A stretch of 64,000 nt of DNA from a virus (Duplodnaviria; Caudoviricetes): positions 1,629 through 65,628 of IMG/VR virus record IMGVR_UViG_3300046028_009474. One strand, given 5' to 3'. Each line of letters begins with the position of its first letter. Within the stretch, counting starts at the first letter, position 1. Below are positions 58,423 through 64,000 of this stretch, piece after piece. The translations under genes and the position numbers were made by a program. A model generated the notes under the pieces. It was not told the origin of the DNA. It saw only the letters and a program-made list of their open reading frames with translations, and ran no database searches.

Positions 58423-58434
58423 GTGTCTTAAAAT

Positions 58435-58893
58435 CTAGTAGCCCAAGTTTACGTCCGTTTCAATTCCACCCAATTGAAGTGGCTCAGATTGATACATGTT
58501 ATATTTATGACTCATAGAATCAATTTTGCTTTGGCAATCTGTTGCCATGGACTTGTACACTTTTGCAACTTCGTTTTTATTGGTGAACGATACTGAGCTA
58601 TTTCCATCTCGTAAGCTTAAAACATCTCCTCCATTAGATGTTGCGAGTATTCCTCTAAGAGCGTTGCGAGACTGTTTATTGTAATAACTACAGAGATACA
58701 TCTCTTTGTAAATGGCGCTAGACTCTAAATCCAAAAGCGCTCCGCTGCCGCTATACGATGTATTAATAAGTGTATTTAATTGCCCAAGATTTGCATTTAA
58801 CCAAGAGGTGATATAAGACTCTGGAACAATGCCAGAATCTCCATCAAATTCAGTTTGAAAAATGCCAGAACTTAAATCACTAATAGCGCTCAT
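58435..58893 (-). CDS. Probable head-tail adaptor
   Basis: Helical N-half followed by a LSLRDGNSSVSF beta-hairpin typical of adaptors; located downstream of the capsid gene. Confidence 0.55.
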   Translation of the reverse strand: MSAISDLSSGIFQTEFDGDSGIVPESYITSWLNANLGQLNTLINTSYSGSGALLDLESSAIYKEMYLCSYYNKQSRNALRGILATSNGGDVLSLRDGNSSVSFTNKNEVAKVYKSMATDCQSKIDSMSHKYNMYQSEPLQLGGIETDVNLGY

Positions 58894-58903
58894 ATAAACA
58901 TTT

Positions 58904-58908
58904 TACAC
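58904..58908 (-). promoter_or_regulatory. GTGTA putative phage promoter
   Basis: GTGTA-AAATGTTTAT-ATG; 10 nt spacing. Confidence 0.55.
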
Positions 58909-59354
58909 TAAATGTCATTGATAATTTTCATTAAGTGTTTATGTTCAGGATTATTAGGGTCCATTACAAAGCTGTTCATGGAAGTTGGCATGATGTTTCT
59001 GCGGCTATTGCGGGTAGAAGCAGAGAACTCTTTTAACAAGTTTTTCTTTAGAGTGGGATAATCGTGAAAAGGATTGAGTCCAACTTTTTGCGCGAGTTTT
59101 TGAATTTCTGATAAGCTCATGCCAGATAAGGACTCCTGAAATACTTCTAGTTCGTTGGTGCCAAATGGGCTAATTTGAGATACCCCTAATAGGATTTCTA
59201 ACTCTCTCATTTTAGCTACAAATTCTGGAGTGTTTGTTGAATTTGAAGCTCTCATTTCATTGATTTCTTCAATCAATGTGCGGCTGGAATATGGATTAGA
59301 TTCATAACTAGAGGTTACTCCGTTGGCAGTTTCCATTTGATTTGTGTTGCTCAT
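58908..59354 (-). CDS. Hypothetical protein with a Rho-N/HeH-like helical motif
   Basis: LSGMSLSEIQKLAQKVGL....L...LL; TATAAT-N5-ATG directly upstream (59360-59365). Confidence 0.5.
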   Translation of the reverse strand: MSNTNQMETANGVTSSYESNPYSSRTLIEEINEMRASNSTNTPEFVAKMRELEILLGVSQISPFGTNELEVFQESLSGMSLSEIQKLAQKVGLNPFHDYPTLKKNLLKEFSASTRNSRRNIMPTSMNSFVMDPNNPEHKHLMKIINDI

Positions 59355-59385
59355 ACTATATTATAAATTAAATATAGCGTTTTTA

Positions 59386-59417
59386 AATAAAAAGAGCCGC
59401 CTCTTTCGAGGCGGCTC
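59386..59417 (-). terminator. Rho-independent terminator after the major capsid gene
   Basis: GAGCCGCCTC-GAAA-GAGGCGGCTC-TTTTTATTT on the minus strand. Confidence 0.9.
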
Positions 59418-59435
59418 AGTTTAAGAAAGACTAGC

Positions 59436-60578
59436 TTATGCTAATCCAGAGACGATTTTGCCAACAAGGGCGCGAGTGTCAAGCACCATGCGACCTTCTT
59501 CGAGGCTACCAAAGTATCCAATCTTGTTCTGACGGATTGAGTACTGGTCATCAGCGATGAGGCTGAATTCAGAGCCTGTATCAGAGTCCGTAGCAACTGC
59601 ACGAATAAGAGACTCGCGACCACGGTCAATACCAATGATGATTTCATCGGCAGCGCCATCGAATGCTGCTCCATTTCCGCCAGCAGCATTAGTGAAGCTT
59701 GTGGCTCCAGCAACGTTATCAAAGATGGTATTAAAGCGCTGACCACGGCCAAGCTCATTAATTTCCATGATTGAAACTCCATAAAACTCTGGAATACCAG
59801 CACTGTTATAGATTGCTGTTCTCATGTCTTCTGGGGCTGCAATACCATCAGTAGGAGTTCCGCCAGCAGGACTTCCTTTTGTGTTGATAGGATTGTAAGC
59901 CATTGCGCGAAGCTCTTGAACAACTTCTGGGGAAACAATGATGTCAGTAATACCACGGCCACTACGGCTCTCTGGAGTGCCTTTGAGCCATGATGTGTTG
60001 ATTCTCTTGGCGAGAGTGAAGAGTTCGTTGAGATCAGCTAAGAGGAAGCGTCCGTTGCTTGTAGCACGCTGAACGTGACGTTTACCGTTGGTTGTTGCTC
60101 CAGCCAAAGCTGCGAGAAGCAAGTTGGCAGAAGTTTTCTCTTGCTTGAAGAGAATTTCTTGAGCCATGCGAGTGAAAGTTTTGCTAATCACATCCATGCG
60201 GCTCTTGGATGCATAACGCTTATCAAAGCTGAGTGCAGAGTCGAGGGAATAGGTAGCAATTTTCATTTCGCTCACAGTTGGGAGCACTTGGTTCTGGGGA
60301 AGACCACCAGCAACGCTCTGACTGTAAACAGTGATATAATCTTCAGCAGAGATATCATAGTAGAGGTCGAGAGGAATGCTAGGATTATCATCCTTGTTGA
60401 ACTGGAACACTGTAAACAAGTTACTGAGTGTTGGAGCGTTGTTGATAACTTCAGCTAAAACTGGACCGATAAATTCAGCGAGAGCTGTCTGCGCTTCTGA
60501 TGCAACAGCACGGTTTTTCGAGGCCATAGCCTTGATCAACTCGATTTGTTCAGGAGTTCTTTTGAGAGTAATTTTCAT
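59436..60578 (-). CDS. Major capsid protein (HK97 fold)
   Basis: 380 aa, located after protease/scaffold and decoration genes and followed by a strong terminator; DIIVSPE and PEFYGVSI motifs. Confidence 0.8.
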   Translation of the reverse strand: MKITLKRTPEQIELIKAMASKNRAVASEAQTALAEFIGPVLAEVINNAPTLSNLFTVFQFNKDDNPSIPLDLYYDISAEDYITVYSQSVAGGLPQNQVLPTVSEMKIATYSLDSALSFDKRYASKSRMDVISKTFTRMAQEILFKQEKTSANLLLAALAGATTNGKRHVQRATSNGRFLLADLNELFTLAKRINTSWLKGTPESRSGRGITDIIVSPEVVQELRAMAYNPINTKGSPAGGTPTDGIAAPEDMRTAIYNSAGIPEFYGVSIMEINELGRGQRFNTIFDNVAGATSFTNAAGGNGAAFDGAADEIIIGIDRGRESLIRAVATDSDTGSEFSLIADDQYSIRQNKIGYFGSLEEGRMVLDTRALVGKIVSGLA

Positions 60579-60600
60579 TTATATTTTAAAAGGGTTAAGA

Positions 60601-61236
60601 TTAGATTCCAAGAGCAATGATAGCGTAAGCGCCAGTGGTTGTTCCTGCGAATTGATCGGGAATGGATGTTGAAGGGATACGAGATCCTGTTGCCATGACG
60701 AATGCCACGCGAGTAGGATCGGTGATTGCACAACCAGTGAGTTTTCCACTAACTCCACTAGGAAGTTTCAATCCTCCTCCAATAGTAATAGCGCCAAGAT
60801 AAGCGGCATCAGTAATGGTGAAAAAGCCTTTGGTGGCGACTGGGACAGATTGCCCTGGAAGAACGCACTGCAATTCAGCAGCTTTCTGAGGATAATAGAG
60901 AAGCTTTTCTCCATTTTCATCAGTTTTAGCAGTCTGATTGAGGGTGAGTCCAAGAAGAGCATCTCCAGATGTTGCTGGTTTAACAGAGAGAGTGACTCTT
61001 GGATAGGAATTACTTCCAACAAAAGCATAGTCTGTTTTACCTAAATACGATGCATAAGTGTTATCAAATGTGATAGTATCAAGGTTTAAATTGCCAGAAC
61101 TCATAGTAACGAAAACGCCAGCGTCTCCGTTAGTAGTTCCAGTTGTGCTTTCACCAACATGTGCTGCATCAAGTGCAAACATGTTAATAACGTTGGTTTC
61201 GTGATATTGTCTAAATGGTAAGATTCGGAGTGCCAT
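60601..61236 (-). CDS. Probable capsid decoration / cement protein
   Basis: Lies between the protease and MCP genes; LG.TL....DENGEKL..P..V.PGQ.VPVATKG motif. Confidence 0.55.
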   Translation of the reverse strand: MALRILPFRQYHETNVINMFALDAAHVGESTTGTTNGDAGVFVTMSSGNLNLDTITFDNTYASYLGKTDYAFVGSNSYPRVTLSVKPATSGDALLGLTLNQTAKTDENGEKLLYYPQKAAELQCVLPGQSVPVATKGFFTITDAAYLGAITIGGGLKLPSGVSGKLTGCAITDPTRVAFVMATGSRIPSTSIPDQFAGTTTGAYAIIALGI

Positions 61237-61248
61237 ATATTTTTTTAA

Positions 61249-62832
61249 TTAGGAAATGATAATGTTGTTGCGGTTAAAAGCTGCTGCGAATTTATCGCGC
61301 AGAGATGGTTCGGAACGAGAAGACGTTTCATTTGAGCTAGAAATGCCAGCTTCAGAAGCTTCAGCATTTTCAATAGCATCAGGAATTGAATCAGACTCTT
61401 CTGGTTCTTTTTCAGCTTCTTTTTCTTCAGAAGCTTTTGATAATTTGAGTTTAGCGATTTTCTTTTCAACTTCAGCATCAATTTTGTCTTGAATGCTCTT
61501 GTCAATAGAAGCTTTAGCTTCTTTGTTTTTGTGTTTCCACACAACTGCTAATTTGCCTTGGAATGAAGCGAAGCTCTCTTCTGTTTCATCCAAAGACTTG
61601 AGTTCTTGAACTAAAAATTGTCGATCTTCAGCATCTAATTCATAGCTCTGATCAACAGTGTCCATGCGAGAATTGAATCGGGCTAAGCCTTCTTCAATTT
61701 TCTTAAAAGCTTCAAATTCTGCAAGCTTTTGACTGGAAACTTCAAGCTGTTCACGAATTTCAGCCATGGAAGCTTTGAGAGCTTCACGCTCAGCGGCCAA
61801 TGCTTCTTTTTCTTTTGAAGCGGCAACCAAAGACTCTTTGTATTCAGCATCTTTCTGCTTGATAGCATCAGCGAATGTGTTGGTCATGTTAGCCACGGCT
61901 TCTTCGGAAAATTTCTTTTCCAAAAGAACATCTTTTAACTCTAAGAGAATTTTTTCTACTTCCATAGTCTTTATTTTTGTGTTATTTACAGCAAGAATTT
62001 TATCTTGTGAAATTTTAGATTTATTTTTTTCATTGAAGAGTGGATGCTTCATATTGAAAATTGATTTTTTTTCTTGAACTGGAAACGCATTGAATTCGGA
62101 TTGATCTGAGAACAAACCTTTAACATCTGCTGCTGGATTTGTTGTGAATCCAATTCCTAGTGGGAAAACTTCTCCTTTTAAAATGCGATAAACTTTAGAA
62201 CCATCACTCAATCTGCCAGGACCACCATAAGCTTTGAGTTTAGCTTTCATTTCTTCAAAGTGTTTTGGATTAGTGATTAATTCACAATCTGCGAAGTCCT
62301 CACCACCAACTGCAATTGTAAAATCATTAAAACCAATCTCCCAACTAGTAGAAATGTGTTGATACATAGTATCAGTTGGATCTACTGATCTTTGAATCAT
62401 GCTAGCAAAATCTTTGTTAGCATATTTATAAACAACAGCTCCCAAAGAAATGTTAAAAGCATCTGTTCTAGATGCTACAGTGTCTAAGGAGATTAAAGCG
62501 CTGTCTTGACCATATTCGCTAAAGCCAGCAGAAACAATGTGTCCAACAATTTGACTCTTATCATGCTCAATGTTCGTTGGTTTGTGAATAAAGTTTTTAA
62601 CAACTTGAGATGCTGTAACAGCATCCATTCCATCATCATTTTTATTAAATTTATTAACAACAGCAGCATTAAATGCTACTCCCAACAAATCAATATTCTC
62701 AGAAAAATTAATTTCTTGAGGAATAAGAGGTTTTAAATTTTCAAGTGAAGCTTTAGAAATAAACGACTCATCTCCCAATGCACAAAAGCGAATTGGTGAC
62801 GAAAATGAACTCGTATATTTATATTGCTTCAT
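61249..62832 (-). CDS. Prohead protease fused to a coiled-coil scaffold domain
   Basis: NKNDDG, KPTNIEH, IVGHI, STSWE and GIGFTTNPAA; C-terminal half is an E/K/A-rich coiled coil. Confidence 0.8.
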   Translation of the reverse strand: MKQYKYTSSFSSPIRFCALGDESFISKASLENLKPLIPQEINFSENIDLLGVAFNAAVVNKFNKNDDGMDAVTASQVVKNFIHKPTNIEHDKSQIVGHIVSAGFSEYGQDSALISLDTVASRTDAFNISLGAVVYKYANKDFASMIQRSVDPTDTMYQHISTSWEIGFNDFTIAVGGEDFADCELITNPKHFEEMKAKLKAYGGPGRLSDGSKVYRILKGEVFPLGIGFTTNPAADVKGLFSDQSEFNAFPVQEKKSIFNMKHPLFNEKNKSKISQDKILAVNNTKIKTMEVEKILLELKDVLLEKKFSEEAVANMTNTFADAIKQKDAEYKESLVAASKEKEALAAEREALKASMAEIREQLEVSSQKLAEFEAFKKIEEGLARFNSRMDTVDQSYELDAEDRQFLVQELKSLDETEESFASFQGKLAVVWKHKNKEAKASIDKSIQDKIDAEVEKKIAKLKLSKASEEKEAEKEPEESDSIPDAIENAEASEAGISSSNETSSRSEPSLRDKFAAAFNRNNIIIS

Positions 62833-62838
62833 TAATGA

Positions 62839-63231
62839 TTACTTTCCTTCTTCAGTCTTTTCCATTTCGTCACTCTCTTCATTTTCATGCTCATCAGAGT
62901 CATCTGGACTGTCCATTTTTTTCAAAATAGCTTTTTGAAGTGCAGGAGGAAGTTTCTTTTGGCCTGGAGTGAGTTCTCCAGAAGTGCTTTTTTCCATCAT
63001 CATCTTTTTCATCTTGTCAAATTGCATAGCGCATGTAGACATGGTAGCCTCTTTGCTCATTCCAGCAGTGTTCACAAGATCTTCTTCATTTGCAGCGCAA
63101 AGACTCATAAAGCTCTTGTAAAGATACTCTTGCTTTGGTTGCATTTTAGAAAGAGAAATTTCATATTCTCCATTTTTAAATTCAACAGTTTTTTCTAATG
63201 GAGCTTTGATGTCGCCTAAGTTAATTTTCAT
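62839..63231 (-). CDS. Hypothetical protein in the head module
   Basis: 130-aa ORF between portal and protease with a QKKLPPALQKAILKK motif and an acidic tail. Confidence 0.6.
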   Translation of the reverse strand: MKINLGDIKAPLEKTVEFKNGEYEISLSKMQPKQEYLYKSFMSLCAANEEDLVNTAGMSKEATMSTCAMQFDKMKKMMMEKSTSGELTPGQKKLPPALQKAILKKMDSPDDSDEHENEESDEMEKTEEGK

Positions 63232-64000
63232 TGATTTGGTTTGAGTGGTAAAGGATTGCTGCGGATAAGTCGTCTTCTAGTTGATGCTCCGCCAAAATGG
63301 ATAAGATTTCCTCTTTTGGTTGCAAAAGAGAAATTTGTTCAAAGTCGTTTACACAAGAACTAGCACAAGATGCCCAATTTTCTGCATCTTTAGAAACAAT
63401 AACTTTCTCGCACAGTTGATCTAGGATGTTAGACTGCTGTTCTGAAAGAGTTTTAATTTTAAATTTCTTTTTGAGAGAGGCATCTGCCAAAGCTCTCATT
63501 TGCTCCATTTTTTTAATGGTAGAGTGAATGTTTTTAACAGAGTATTCAGCTTTAACAATGGGAATGCCAGTTGTTCCCTGTGGTCGTCCAGGCACTTTGT
63601 TAGTAGCATTGATTTTGCCGCCTTCTGGAGTTGGAGGAGCGATGAAAGGAATACCACCAACAATAGGATTGTAGTATCCATCTTTTCTCTCGTTGATATA
63701 AGCAGACTGAGCTGGAGCAATGTCTTCTGGTTTTGGAAATTTGCCAGTTTGAAACATTTCCATGCCTTGTTGAGGAGTGAGAATGCCAAGCTCCATTAAA
63801 CGACTAGAAACTCTCATGAGTTGAGTTTGATCTCTAATGTCAATGTCTCTGAAGTGTGCTGTGGGATAAGATCTAAAGCCAAGATTTTTAGCTATGCGTT
63901 TAATCTCAACTTGCAAAAAGTCGTTCAAGAAAGCGTTGCGAGATTCTTTTAAACGATCAACAAAAATCTGAGCTTTAACTTCTGTAGCGCTATATTTTTC
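63221..64000 (-). CDS. Portal protein, C-terminal part (5' end outside the window)
   Basis: The frame is open to position 64000 (EKYSATEVKAQIFVDRLKESRNAFLNDFL), has L.ELGILT and GRP motifs, and lies upstream of the protease and capsid genes. Confidence 0.7.
   Translation of the reverse strand, partial: EKYSATEVKAQIFVDRLKESRNAFLNDFLQVEIKRIAKNLGFRSYPTAHFRDIDIRDQTQLMRVSSRLMELGILTPQQGMEMFQTGKFPKPEDIAPAQSAYINERKDGYYNPIVGGIPFIAPPTPEGGKINATNKVPGRPQGTTGIPIVKAEYSVKNIHSTIKKMEQMRALADASLKKKFKIKTLSEQQSNILDQLCEKVIVSKDAENWASCASSCVNDFEQISLLQPKEEILSILAEHQLEDDLSAAILYHSNQINEN

Noticed and set aside
55215-58434. Actively invertible segment
   Set aside because: No flanking inverted repeats seen and no site-specific recombinase in the window.
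1225-63799. Many short antisense or alternate-frame ORFs in the track (e.g. 1225-1449, 7600-7839, 60075-60458, 61245-61544)
   Set aside because: They lie within long, motif-bearing genes. The similarity of 1225-1449, 7600-7839 and 9484-9840 just mirrors the repeated fibre module.
1-64000. tRNA/rRNA genes, integrase, lysis genes, terminase, and host assignment
   Set aside because: None recognisable in this window. Intergenic gaps other than 35991-36379 are short, and the host cannot be determined from this sequence alone.

Overview
This 64-kb AT-rich window is part of a large lytic tailed-phage genome, probably siphovirus-like; no host genes, tRNAs or CRISPR arrays were seen. From left to right it holds: (1) a + strand receptor-binding/fibre block (two giant Gly/Ser/Thr-rich fibres and three paralogous LamG lectin genes); (2) a - strand replication block (pseudokinase, ClpA-like ATPase, a DNA polymerase III alpha encoded in pieces, PD-(D/E)XK nuclease, primase, DnaB, Vsr-like nuclease, RecA); (3) a very AT-rich glycosylation island (gmd, three FkbM-type methyltransferases, two GT11, GT47, GT77-like, GT2); (4) nrdAB with class Id signatures; (5) a hairpin-rich intergenic region at the main transcription divergence; (6) a + strand block (dUTPase, dNMP kinase, sigma factor, SSB, GT4, Hsp20); and (7) the virion module (fibre, tail tip, tape measure, chaperones, neck and tube, major capsid, protease/scaffold, partial portal). 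The most notable observations are: a 'fractured' dnaE with a split intein (96-aa IntN, 38-aa IntC) flanking a NUMOD3/Vsr-type homing endonuclease; a cluster of GCGAAGC/GNA-loop DNA mini-hairpins that is a candidate origin; a recurring GTGTA-N9-11-ATG motif that looks like a leaderless phage-sigma promoter, with one copy inside the intein coding sequence; and a multi-enzyme methyl-deoxyhexose glycosylation island. All product calls come from motifs read by eye, not from database searches.
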